64,000 nucleotides of DNA from assembly GCA_038870635.1 (NCBI GenBank), contig JAVZJR010000001.1, positions 74,797 to 138,796 of the forward strand, read 5' to 3'. The position numbers were made by a program, and so were the translations under genes. Source of the stretch: Candidatus Bilamarchaeaceae archaeon (GTDB lineage Archaea; Micrarchaeota; Micrarchaeia; Anstonellales; Bilamarchaeaceae). Under the pieces are notes generated by a model, which saw nothing but the letters and a program-made list of their open reading frames with translations, made no database searches and had not been told where the DNA came from. This document shows positions 52,260 to 61,527 of the stretch, one piece after another. The number at the start of each line of letters is the position of its first letter. Position 1 is the first letter of the stretch.

Positions 52260-53987
52260 ATGGATAGTAAATTTTTGATCTTACTAGTACTTTTCCTTAT
52301 AGTTGGAGCCAGTATAATAAATTGGGGGACTTATGCTGGCATAATTCTAATATTTGCCATAATTGTTTTTGGCGGTCTGTCCCTATTCTGGAAGGAAAAA
52401 AACATAAAAATAGCAGGTTTGGTTTTTATACTTTTACTATCGCTTGTGAACATAGGTGTGAATGGGCTCAAATTTGGTATTGACTTTAAAGGTGGAACAA
52501 GGATTCCAGTAATTTTAGAAAGGTCAGTTGACGATCAAACGATGACAAAGATGGTATCTATAATAAAAGAGAGAGCCGGTGCTTTTGGGCTATCTGAAGT
52601 AAAAGTAAGGGCAGTAGGAAACAACCAAATAGATGTAGAAATACCCAGCAGCGACGAACAGAGAATAAAAACTATAGAAGATGTTCTATCTCACAAAGGC
52701 GTATACTGGGGCGTTATAGATGGAAGAATAGCGATAAGCGGTGACCACATATTCTCTAAATCCATCGGTGCCATGGATCAACAATCCTTATTAAGAAGCG
52801 GCGCGGATTGGGGAATAAGTTTTATGGTTGACCGCGAAGGCGCAGAGATGTTTGCAAGAGCAGCAAAAGGCAAAGGAGATTATCCTGTTTATATGTTTTT
52901 AGATAGACCAAATGACGCAGATATATTTTACACTAGAGCGGAAATACGCGCAGTGATGCTTGGCGACAGCGGAGAAAAAGAAACTATTACTTCTTTAAAG
53001 AATGCTCTAAAATTAAATGATGGTAGCACTATTGGAGTATATATACTTGACGATGTTCTAAATTCTACCAACATTACAATTGGGCCTCGAACTAACAATA
53101 CGATTGCCATTGTGAGTAAGAATGCATCGGTGGAATATAAACAAAAACTTGAAGAATTAGGTTATAAGGTGAAAGAAACAGAATGGGAAACAATGAAACC
53201 TGATTTCATAAGAACAACAACAGGGGTTCTTGTTGTAGAAAAACTCGAAGCAGTTGGGCTTTTATCTGCTCCAATATTAAATCCTGATCTTGGTGCAGGC
53301 ACACCTGCTTACAACTTTGCCATAACAGGAAGTCTCGGAAACGTAACAGGTGCTCAAAAAGCTCTTTTAGCAAGAGAAAAAATGCAGTACATGGAATCGA
53401 TATTAAAGGGTGGTTCCCTCCCAGTAGGAATATCATTAGGTTCACGCACTACTGTCCCACCAACGTTGGGTGAACAATTCTTAAACCTCAGTATGATAAG
53501 TATTGCTATATCGCTCATAGTAATATCTTTATTAATAGGTTTGCGTTATAGAAATATAAAAGCGACTCTCCCAATAGTAGCAATTAGCCTTACTGAATTT
53601 GCAATATTAATATCAGTGCTGGGTTCTTTCACAATAGATTTGGCTGCGATAGCAGGTATTCTCGCCGCAATCGGCGTAGGTGTAGATGCCCAAATAGTTA
53701 TAACAGACGAACTGCTCAAGAAAGATAAAAGAGAAACAGAAGAGAAAATAGGCTATGCCTTTGAAATAATAAAAACAAACGTCATCGTAGCATCATTGTC
53801 AATGCTACCACTTTTATTCTCAAAAATAATATCTGGCGTAATTGTTGTCGAGATTATTGGATTTGCAATATCGACAATACTCGGCGCACTACTTGGTTAT
53901 CTTCTTTCAAGACCTGCCTACGCTGTAATAGTGGAATACATAATAGAAAGGAATGAGAAGGAAGAAAATAAAAGTTCAGCTAAATAA
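52260..53987 (+). CDS. secD: Protein translocase subunit SecD
   Basis: FGIDFKGGTR, GGSLPV, PTLGEQF and IGVGVDAQIVITDE motifs. Confidence 0.92.
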   Translation: MDSKFLILLVLFLIVGASIINWGTYAGIILIFAIIVFGGLSLFWKEKNIKIAGLVFILLLSLVNIGVNGLKFGIDFKGGTRIPVILERSVDDQTMTKMVSIIKERAGAFGLSEVKVRAVGNNQIDVEIPSSDEQRIKTIEDVLSHKGVYWGVIDGRIAISGDHIFSKSIGAMDQQSLLRSGADWGISFMVDREGAEMFARAAKGKGDYPVYMFLDRPNDADIFYTRAEIRAVMLGDSGEKETITSLKNALKLNDGSTIGVYILDDVLNSTNITIGPRTNNTIAIVSKNASVEYKQKLEELGYKVKETEWETMKPDFIRTTTGVLVVEKLEAVGLLSAPILNPDLGAGTPAYNFAITGSLGNVTGAQKALLAREKMQYMESILKGGSLPVGISLGSRTTVPPTLGEQFLNLSMISIAISLIVISLLIGLRYRNIKATLPIVAISLTEFAILISVLGSFTIDLAAIAGILAAIGVGVDAQIVITDELLKKDKRETEEKIGYAFEIIKTNVIVASLSMLPLLFSKIISGVIVVEIIGFAISTILGALLGYLLSRPAYAVIVEYIIERNEKEENKSSAK

Positions 53988-53991
53988 AAAA

Positions 53992-54723
53992 TTAACCATA
54001 CATACTTCCACCAGCGCTCTCTTCTACAGTGGCACCGCGCTTTGATACTTTTGACTTTATAAGTGCTTCCTTTGTTCCTTTTGCTTCTTTATCTAAACGA
54101 GCGGTGCTTATTTCGACGTTTAAGATTTTTGCCAAAGCTTTTAGAACGCGCGATGCTGCATCAGCATCAAGATATTCGTCAGAGGATTCAGCAAGGAGAG
54201 TGATAATTGGAAATTTTTCAAGAGCGCCTTTAGTCAATAACAAACCAGTTACTCCTGTTGTTGCACCCTCTCTAATCGGTTTAGCAATGCGTTTCTCAGT
54301 TATATCTTTTGTCATCTCTTTATTGCTCGCGATAACATAAACTTCGGTTTTACCTTCTTTTAATGAAATGCCACCGATACTTATTATTTTATTGCATTTT
54401 AAAGATTTGGCAAAATCGAATATAGCATCAGCAAGGGGCGCAGCTAAAACAACAGGGACGGACATTTCAGAAAGAACAAGAATAAGATTATACTTCTCAG
54501 AATAGTGAATGCGGGCCGCAGGCATAGGTGTATAATCATGAATGGCTGCAAGTGGCGCAAATTCTTCGCTCTCTATATAACCGCCAAAATCAAGTTTGAG
54601 CACGTCTATTAAATGAGAAGCAGCGACACTTCCTACAAGGCCAGTGCCTGGAAAACCTACAATTACAGTAGGGTTCTTAAGATTACTAAAGTTTGCCATT
54701 TTCTTAATCTCTACGATTGCCAT
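53992..54723 (-). CDS. PAC2-family proteasome assembly chaperone (Pba-like)
   Basis: VGFPGTGLVG and ISIGG motifs; C-terminal MYG (HbYX). Confidence 0.88.
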   Translation of the reverse strand: MAIVEIKKMANFSNLKNPTVIVGFPGTGLVGSVAASHLIDVLKLDFGGYIESEEFAPLAAIHDYTPMPAARIHYSEKYNLILVLSEMSVPVVLAAPLADAIFDFAKSLKCNKIISIGGISLKEGKTEVYVIASNKEMTKDITEKRIAKPIREGATTGVTGLLLTKGALEKFPIITLLAESSDEYLDADAASRVLKALAKILNVEISTARLDKEAKGTKEALIKSKVSKRGATVEESAGGSMYG

Positions 54724-54815
54724 AAGATAATTCCTTCACTTGCATTTAAAACATTTTTGTTTTTTGTTAAAAGTAAATATTTAATATTTAACTTGGTAAA
54801 TTGAGAGGCGAGGAA

Positions 54816-55730
54816 ATGAAACTAATTGAAAAGAATAACAAATATAGAATTTATGAGGTAAAAAAGAAAGGCTTACCAAAAAACACCTATATTGTATGTT
54901 CAAATGATACACGTTCGATACTATATAATCCACAAATTGCAGGAAAAAAATTACACGACAGGATGGAGAGGGTAAGCAAAATATTTATTGACTTAATAAG
55001 AAAAAAAGCATTAGACAAAAACGATAAAGAAAATGTTGTTGAATTTGTGCTTTTGAGCGGTGGGTTATATTATAGGTTAGCTGACAGTTTTAGAAAGTTG
55101 TGTGGTTATGCACTACCTCAATGCTTTCTTGGAATAAAAAGACAGAGAGTAGAGGGAACTGAGGGCTCATTTCAGGCAGTTTCAACATATGAGAATTTTG
55201 AAGCATTGCCTAAAAAGGCGGTGGTCATTGTAGGGGATACGATAGCAACAGGAGCGACTATGATTAGGGCGCTACACGATCTTGAAAGAGCTGCAGAAGA
55301 AAACAAAGGAAAAATAAAAAAACTCATAGTGTGCTCGCTTGCCTGTTCAACAGATGGTGCAAGAAAACTAAAAGATGTTGAAGAAAAATTCAGGAAAAAA
55401 AATAAAGAGTTTAAGCTATACTTAATAGTTGCAGAGCAGTTATACCACCTTATGCCAGATGGCACTGATCTTCGATTTCTTTGGCCAGATAGTATAATGC
55501 CGGATGAAACAAAAGAGTATACACTAAAAAGATATGGCAAGAAACTTGGAAAAGAAATGAAATGTGCTGTTTTTGATTGGGGTACACGTTGCAAAAATCC
55601 AAAAAAGCATTATGAAGAATTTTTAGAATTTGCAGAGTTTGCATTAAAAAATTTAGATTTAGACAGCAAAGGCAAAAATGAAATAAAAAGAATGGTAGAT
55701 GAAGTAAAAAAAGAAATTAAAAACTATTAG
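54816..55730 (+). CDS. Phosphoribosyltransferase-fold protein (UPRTase-like)
   Basis: PRPP-loop VVIVGDTIATGAT; VLLSGGLYY; FDWGTR. Confidence 0.6.
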   Translation: MKLIEKNNKYRIYEVKKKGLPKNTYIVCSNDTRSILYNPQIAGKKLHDRMERVSKIFIDLIRKKALDKNDKENVVEFVLLSGGLYYRLADSFRKLCGYALPQCFLGIKRQRVEGTEGSFQAVSTYENFEALPKKAVVIVGDTIATGATMIRALHDLERAAEENKGKIKKLIVCSLACSTDGARKLKDVEEKFRKKNKEFKLYLIVAEQLYHLMPDGTDLRFLWPDSIMPDETKEYTLKRYGKKLGKEMKCAVFDWGTRCKNPKKHYEEFLEFAEFALKNLDLDSKGKNEIKRMVDEVKKEIKNY

Positions 55731-56827
55731 ACGGAAGAGTCATCAAAGACATAGTCAAATGAAGAAAGAGCAATTCTTCCGAATACTTCTTTAGTTATCA
55801 AAAGTATTTTTTCTTCTGCTTCCTTCGCAGCTTTTTTCTCCTTTTCAGTCGTAGGGAATGATTTTCCAGGAATAGCGCCTATAACAGCAGATATTAAACC
55901 TGTTTTTATGCTTATCCCTTCGAGAGTAAACTTTTTTGCTAAAAAGTCTATGACTAATTGTTCCATTTCGGTACTAATGACACCGTATTTCTTATTTAAT
56001 TCAACGAATTCTTTCTCGCCCATTTCAGCATAGAGAGAGTCTTTTGTAAAATTAGGCCCAATAGCAAAAGAAATGTTGCGCAATTTTACAACTTTTTTAA
56101 ACTCACCAACCAATTCGTCAGAACATTTTGTAATCAAGTATTTTTTATCTTTAGTTAAAATAATATCTGAACTTTCAAAGTCGCCAGAAAGATCTGCTGC
56201 TTTTAAAAGCTCTTTTTTTGCATTCACCGCGCTTCTCCCAACAAAGTCAAGTATCCCAAGATAAGATTGAATTATTGCGCCAACAGCGCCAATATTAAAG
56301 TTCGCTATTGCGACGTCACCTATACTAACAGAAGGTATAAAAGGGTCATCACTATTTACTCCAGCACACGTTCCTGCACGTACAACATAGATGCTTTCTT
56401 TTCCATTTATAATTTTATTATTATAAGAGTACTGTCCTTGTCTTGTGAAATAAAGAAGCTCATGCATGTTTATTTGAGTGGCAGGACAGCCCATTTGTGT
56501 TTCCACTACAGAAATTGGAAAATCAATGCCCCCGGATTCTGCAATTCCAACAAGTATGCTAACTCGTCCATAAGCAGAAGTGCCAAATTTCTTAAGCGCG
56601 TATTCATCTATAAAAACAGAATCGCGAAGTTTAAGTATTTCTTTTGCTTTCATAACACGAACACGACTGCCAACGCAGATCATAAAAGGAGGGAGCATGC
56701 AGTGGTTTTCTCTTAGATAAGGTACATCTTTCCATTTTCCTAAATCGTAAAGATGACCGACTGCTGTATGCGTCCCTAGCGGTTTGAGTTTTTTCCTATC
56801 ATAAAGAGTTTTTTTCTGCTTTAACAT
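55727..56827 (-). CDS. Nucleoside (uridine-type) phosphorylase, PNP/UDP family
   Basis: VGSRVRV, TQMGCPATQI, VRAGTCAG, KDSLYAE and STEME motifs. Confidence 0.75.
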   Translation of the reverse strand: MLKQKKTLYDRKKLKPLGTHTAVGHLYDLGKWKDVPYLRENHCMLPPFMICVGSRVRVMKAKEILKLRDSVFIDEYALKKFGTSAYGRVSILVGIAESGGIDFPISVVETQMGCPATQINMHELLYFTRQGQYSYNNKIINGKESIYVVRAGTCAGVNSDDPFIPSVSIGDVAIANFNIGAVGAIIQSYLGILDFVGRSAVNAKKELLKAADLSGDFESSDIILTKDKKYLITKCSDELVGEFKKVVKLRNISFAIGPNFTKDSLYAEMGEKEFVELNKKYGVISTEMEQLVIDFLAKKFTLEGISIKTGLISAVIGAIPGKSFPTTEKEKKAAKEAEEKILLITKEVFGRIALSSFDYVFDDSSV

Positions 56828-56881
56828 AAAAAACCCCCTAATACAACGAAGATAATTATAATTACGAGTATTTAAAAACCA

Positions 56882-57652
56882 TTACATTTGGGATAAAACC
56901 TTTGGAAGTTGAAACACGGAATTTATAACAAAGTCTGCATTTGCTTTTTTTGCCTCGGCTTTTTTTACGAGACCGCTCAAAACAAGAGCACATTTTGTTC
57001 TGGCTTTTTTAGCAAGCGCAACGTCAGTAATTATAGAATCCCCAACTAGTAAAATATCATCTTTTCTCAATCCATTATCTTTAGTAAGCCAATCGAGCAT
57101 AAGAGTAGATGGCTTACCTATAAGCAATGGTTTTTTACCAGCAGCCGCCTCAACAGAAGCTACTATCGCACCGGCACCAGGCATTGTTCCGCTCTCGACA
57201 GGATATTCTGCATCTTTATTTGTTGCGATAAACGTCGCACCTTTTTTTATGAGATGATACGCTTTAGCGATTTTATCGTAAGAAACACTTCGGTCTAAAC
57301 TTACTATTACTGCTTTTGCTCGCTCGCTGTCAAAAATTAAGCCAAAAGATTCTATCTCCTCTATTGCGCTTTTTTCAGCAATAGCATAAAACCTTGTTCC
57401 TTTTCCGTAGTTCTCTAAAATATAACGCCCTGCGCCATAACAGCTGCTGTATATTTCGTTTATATTTGCTCTTATACCAAAAGATTGCAATTTTTTTAAG
57501 ATATCTTCTCTTTTGTTAGTACCAGAATTTGATAGGAAAAAGACAAGATAACCCATCTTTCTTATTTTTTCCACTGTCTCTTTAGCACCCTTAATTTCTC
57601 TTTCGCCTTTGTAGAGTGTGCCATCCAAGTCAAAAACAACTGCACGCAACAT
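56882..57652 (-). CDS. HAD-IIA (NagD-like) phosphatase
   Basis: FDLDGTLY, LSNSG, IATNKD, IGKPS and VGDSIITD motifs. Confidence 0.92.
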   Translation of the reverse strand: MLRAVVFDLDGTLYKGEREIKGAKETVEKIRKMGYLVFFLSNSGTNKREDILKKLQSFGIRANINEIYSSCYGAGRYILENYGKGTRFYAIAEKSAIEEIESFGLIFDSERAKAVIVSLDRSVSYDKIAKAYHLIKKGATFIATNKDAEYPVESGTMPGAGAIVASVEAAAGKKPLLIGKPSTLMLDWLTKDNGLRKDDILLVGDSIITDVALAKKARTKCALVLSGLVKKAEAKKANADFVINSVFQLPKVLSQM

Positions 57653-57691
57653 ACTACTCCTTTTTAATATTTAGGAGGGAGAAATAAAAAC

Positions 57692-58327
57692 ATGCGTGTT
57701 GTGTGTTTATTTTCCGGTGGTAAAGATAGCACTTATGCTGCGCAATGGGCAATGAAAAATGGTTATGAGGTTATTCTACTCAACGTCAGACCAGAGCCAT
57801 ATTCTATGATGTTTCATCATCAAAATGTCAAATGGACAGAAATGCAAGCAGAAGCTTTAGGGTTATCATATTCTTTTATCGAGGTAGATGAAAATAATTG
57901 GGAAAGAAAAATAAAAGAAAAAATAGAAAAACTAAAAATTGATGGGATAGTTAGCGGCGCAGTTGCAAGCAATTACCAAAAAGATAGGATAGACAAAATT
58001 GCAGAAGAACTTTCTATAAAAAGTTATGCACCGCTTTGGCATGCTACCGCAGAAGTTTTTGAAGAAATGGTAAATACAATGGAAATATACATAACAGGAG
58101 TTGCCGCAGAAGGGATGGGAAAAGAACTTCTTGGAAAAAGATTAACAGGAGATTTCAAGCATCCAAAATACGTGCATACTTTTTTTGAGGGCGGAGAAGC
58201 GGAAACATTTGTTGCTAATGCGCCCCTATTCAAAAAAAGAATAGTCATAGATGAATGGGAAATTAAATGGGATGGTGTGAGAGGTTCGGCTGAAATAAAA
58301 AAAGCATATTTTGAAAATAAGCTTTAA
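57692..58327 (+). CDS. Diphthine--ammonia ligase (Dph6-like PP-loop ATPase)
   Basis: LFSGGKDS, SMMFH, GAVASNYQ, APLW and EGGEAETFV motifs. Confidence 0.88.
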   Translation: MRVVCLFSGGKDSTYAAQWAMKNGYEVILLNVRPEPYSMMFHHQNVKWTEMQAEALGLSYSFIEVDENNWERKIKEKIEKLKIDGIVSGAVASNYQKDRIDKIAEELSIKSYAPLWHATAEVFEEMVNTMEIYITGVAAEGMGKELLGKRLTGDFKHPKYVHTFFEGGEAETFVANAPLFKKRIVIDEWEIKWDGVRGSAEIKKAYFENKL

Positions 58328-59301
58328 GCGATTTTAGCTCGCTTCTCACCACAAGAGACAAAAACTCCTTTTTCATCTCTTACTTTGCCGACAACGCTTG
58401 CGTTTATATCATATTTTTTGGCAATGTTTATCACCGTATCTGCTCTATCCTCCGGCAGAATAATGCACATGCCAATACCCATATTAAATGTTTTAACCAT
58501 ATTCTCAAATTCAACGCTTTTTGATAATTCTTTAAATATACCTTCTGGCTTCGGCACTTCTATTTCATAACCAAACTCACTATTTAAGCGTGTTATCTTG
58601 GAGAACGCACCACCAGTTATGTGCGCTATTCCATGGATATCACAGACATCTATCATCTCTAAAACAGCGTTAACGTATATTCTCGTGGGTTTAAGCATTT
58701 CCTCTAGCCATTCTTTACCTTTTAACAGCTTTCGCGCAAGGGTATAGCCATTACTGTGTAGACCACTACTCTCTAAACCAACAATCACGTCACCACTAGA
58801 AATATCATTTCCATAAATCTGTTTTTTTATTCTTCCAACAACTGTAAAAGCAAGATCAAAAGGCCGGCTGCCACCTTTTATCACGTCTGGCATTATAGCA
58901 GTTTCACCACCAACTATCGCGCAATTGCTCTCTTCTGCACCAGCCACAAGACCTTTTGTTATTTCTTCTACTAGTTGTTCATCTTCTTTTGCAAGCGCAA
59001 GATAATCAACACCGACAAGAGGTTCCCCTCCAACGCAAAGTATATCGTTAACAGACATAGCAACTGCATCTATTCCCACAGTATCGTATTTTTCAAGTTC
59101 TTGCGCCACGAGTACTTTTGTGCCTACTCCATCTGTATGAATTACAAGTGTTTCTGATCCACACTTAAACAAACCGCCATAGTGACCAAAAAGTGGAAGA
59201 GGTTCGCCGAATCCCTTTCGGAATGGAAATGTTTTTTTTATACTCTCCCATATAGAACTCTGAATTTTCTTAACTTTTGGTATGTCGATTTGATATTCCA
59301 T
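58324..59301 (-). CDS. purM: Phosphoribosylformylglycinamidine cyclo-ligase
   Basis: TDGVGTK, VGGETA, SGLHSNGYTL, HITGG and TFNMGIG motifs; true start near MEYQID. Confidence 0.95.
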   Translation of the reverse strand: MEYQIDIPKVKKIQSSIWESIKKTFPFRKGFGEPLPLFGHYGGLFKCGSETLVIHTDGVGTKVLVAQELEKYDTVGIDAVAMSVNDILCVGGEPLVGVDYLALAKEDEQLVEEITKGLVAGAEESNCAIVGGETAIMPDVIKGGSRPFDLAFTVVGRIKKQIYGNDISSGDVIVGLESSGLHSNGYTLARKLLKGKEWLEEMLKPTRIYVNAVLEMIDVCDIHGIAHITGGAFSKITRLNSEFGYEIEVPKPEGIFKELSKSVEFENMVKTFNMGIGMCIILPEDRADTVINIAKKYDINASVVGKVRDEKGVFVSCGEKRAKIA

Positions 59302-59362
59302 GTCTTTTTTTGGAATACTAAAAATATTTAATAATGTTGTTTGTTTAATCATTTTGGTAATT

Positions 59363-59806
59363 ATGGTCTTTGGTTCGTTCGCAGAATTCGCAAAGAAAGT
59401 TATGGATGCTGCTAAAAAGGGCGGGCTGTCAGCAAGAGACTTAAAAAGATTGGAGAGACTTTTAGAAAAGGATGGAAAAAGAAATAAAATACTCGCAGCT
59501 GGACTAGTAGCCGCAATGAAAACGGGGGCTTCAGAAAAAGAGATAGAAAAACTTGGAAAACTTTTTGAAAAAGCAAGTGAGAGAATAGCGAATGGAAAAG
59601 CTCCATTTACAGATGCAGATGCACAAATACTCCGTTCAATGCTTGAAGGCGCGGGCATATCAAAAAAGACTAGTAAATGGGTATCAAAAAATATTGATGA
59701 GATGCTTGCTGCAGAAATAAAAGAGTTTATCACTGGAAAAAAAATAAGTAGAGTTGTTATACCAAAGAAAAGCGAAGAAGAAAAGAAAACGCTTGCAGTG
59801 AGGTGA
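59363..59806 (+). CDS. Hypothetical helical protein
   Basis: Open frame divergent from purM, co-oriented with the next gene. Confidence 0.6.
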   Translation: MVFGSFAEFAKKVMDAAKKGGLSARDLKRLERLLEKDGKRNKILAAGLVAAMKTGASEKEIEKLGKLFEKASERIANGKAPFTDADAQILRSMLEGAGISKKTSKWVSKNIDEMLAAEIKEFITGKKISRVVIPKKSEEEKKTLAVR

Positions 59807-59810
59807 AAGC

Positions 59811-60317
59811 TTGAAAATTAAGCTTACACCTGAACTTGCGTATCTCATAGGGCTTTGGAGAAAACGTCGTTCTTTTGAAGGGCTAGGAGTTCATGGTGAT
59901 CAAAAAATTCTAGAAACGTTCTCGAAAGAAGCACTAGAACAAAAACTCACAACGCCAGATAAACTTCTCACAAATGGAAAAAAAGTTTATTTTTACCATA
60001 CGGCGTATAAAAAATTTTTTAATCAAGTTGAAGAAGAACAACTCGAGAGGTTTAAATATCTAAATGAATACGCTGCCAATTATCTTGCTGGGCTTTTTGA
60101 TGCAGTAGGAGAAATAGATGAAAATGGCGTTGTTTCTCTATCAAAGCTAACTAATGAAGATGAGTTAATGCTATTAAGGTTAGGATTTAAAACAAAGAGA
60201 AAAAAAGAGAAATGTATAATAGAGAAACCACTCGTCTTTCTCTCATTTATAAAAAACTATGTCAAGATATCAAAAGAGAACAAAATATTTGAAATCGTGG
60301 AAAAAATAAAAAAATAG
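59811..60317 (+). CDS. Stand-alone degenerate LAGLIDADG-like protein
   Basis: LTPELAYLIGLW and ANYLAGLFDAVG helices. Confidence 0.65.
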   Translation: MKIKLTPELAYLIGLWRKRRSFEGLGVHGDQKILETFSKEALEQKLTTPDKLLTNGKKVYFYHTAYKKFFNQVEEEQLERFKYLNEYAANYLAGLFDAVGEIDENGVVSLSKLTNEDELMLLRLGFKTKRKKEKCIIEKPLVFLSFIKNYVKISKENKIFEIVEKIKK

Positions 60318-60319
60318 CG

Positions 60320-60433
60320 CTAAAGCTCTCCTACTCTTCTTTTCATTTTTCTCTTGAGTCTCTTTCTCTTCTTCTTTACCCACTTCCAGCGCATTCTGTT
60401 TTTTTTCTTCCACTTTCTTGGCTTTGCACCCAT
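60320..60433 (-). CDS. rpl41e: Ribosomal protein L41e (eL41/eS32) (not in ORF track)
   Basis: MGAKPRKWKKKNRMRWKWVKKKRKRLKRKMKRRVGEL*; contains the MRWKWxKKRxRxxKRK-like signature. Confidence 0.85.
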   Translation of the reverse strand: MGAKPRKWKKKNRMRWKWVKKKRKRLKRKMKRRVGEL

Positions 60434-60519
60434 CACTATCCCTCAAAGTAAATAAACTAAAGAACAACTATGATTAGTTAAGTAAGATTTTAAAATGCAT
60501 TGAAGGCAGGTAATAATTA

Positions 60520-60708
60520 CTAACAACCAACGAAGCCTTCCAGGTTATCTACCATTGGCTGTTTTTTTGCGATTTCGTTTTTTTTGCTCAGAGATTTGCT
60601 AATCTCTTCTAATCTGCCGTTTTCGCTGGAGCCAAGACTCCTAGCTATCTCGTCTTTTTTTAAAATTTTTTTTAAATCAACCAAAAACACCACCTTAGTA
60701 TTCTTCAA
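60520..60708 (-). CDS. Hypothetical small protein (uncertain)
   Basis: 62-aa ORF filling the gap upstream of rpl41e. Confidence 0.3.
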   Translation of the reverse strand: MKNTKVVFLVDLKKILKKDEIARSLGSSENGRLEEISKSLSKKNEIAKKQPMVDNLEGFVGC

Positions 60709-60787
60709 TGTATATTTTTATACATTATTGATTTATAATATACGTTATAGTAGAAATATTTAAAAAGCTTGTGGAAGAAGAAAAATC

Positions 60788-61291
60788 ATGTGGGAGAAGA
60801 TTAGTAAAAAGTTTAGTGATTACCCGGCAAGAGAAGCAGTAGCCAAAAAGATGATAGAATATGGATTAAGAATTGGAAACAAGGGAAAAATATTTTGTGG
60901 TGATATCGAAATAAAAGATAGCGCCCTTGCGAAAAGTGTTGGAGTTGATAGAAGAGCAGTTCGAACAACTATAGATGCAATAAGAAAAGATGATGAGCTA
61001 AAAATATTATTTGCAAACATATTGCCTGCAGGTGCATTGTTGAAAAATGTAGCAAAAGAATTAGGTTATGGTGCTGTTGAGATAGAAGCAGATGCTAAAA
61101 AACCTGGCATATTGGCGGCATGTGCAACTCTTTTAGCAAAAAGACAAATAAGTATAAAACAAGCACATGCTGATGACCCTGCACTTGTTGAAAAACCAAA
61201 ATTAACTATAATAACAGAGAAAAAAATACCTGGTGAAATAATAAATGAATTTTTAAAAATAGATGGAGTGAAAAAAGTTTCAATAATTTAA
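60788..61291 (+). CDS. ACT-domain amino-acid metabolism regulator (COG2150-like)
   Basis: MWEKI...F..YPA, GVDRRAV HTH, PGILA...ISIKQ ACT domain. Confidence 0.85.
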   Translation: MWEKISKKFSDYPAREAVAKKMIEYGLRIGNKGKIFCGDIEIKDSALAKSVGVDRRAVRTTIDAIRKDDELKILFANILPAGALLKNVAKELGYGAVEIEADAKKPGILAACATLLAKRQISIKQAHADDPALVEKPKLTIITEKKIPGEIINEFLKIDGVKKVSII

Positions 61292-61525
61292 TTACTTTTT
61301 TTTCTCCGTGATGAGGATTCCGTCTATTATGCCATAGGCGTAATTTGCCGCGCCAAAACTGCTAAAGTAATCCCCTTTTTGGTAAAAATGCATCGCATCG
61401 TGTAAATAATTTTTTGCCCAAGTGTAAGCATCAGCATATTTTTTATTAAGACCTAAATTCTCAAAGAGCAAAAGAATCTCTTTTAACTTTTCAACATCTT
61501 TCAGTGCGCGTTCCTTAAAATCCAT
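61292..61525 (-). CDS. DUF357 family protein
   Basis: AKNYLHDAMHF..KGD...SFGAANYAYG.ID motif. Confidence 0.85.
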   Translation of the reverse strand: MDFKERALKDVEKLKEILLLFENLGLNKKYADAYTWAKNYLHDAMHFYQKGDYFSSFGAANYAYGIIDGILITEKKK

Positions 61526-61527
61526 AA

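Noticed and set aside
59302..59733. 144-aa N-terminal extension of PurM in the ORF track
   Set aside because: It is the antisense reading of the plus-strand gene at 59363-59806; PurM similarity begins near MEYQID
59811..60317. Intein or group I intron
   Set aside because: No splice-junction residues and no interrupted host gene
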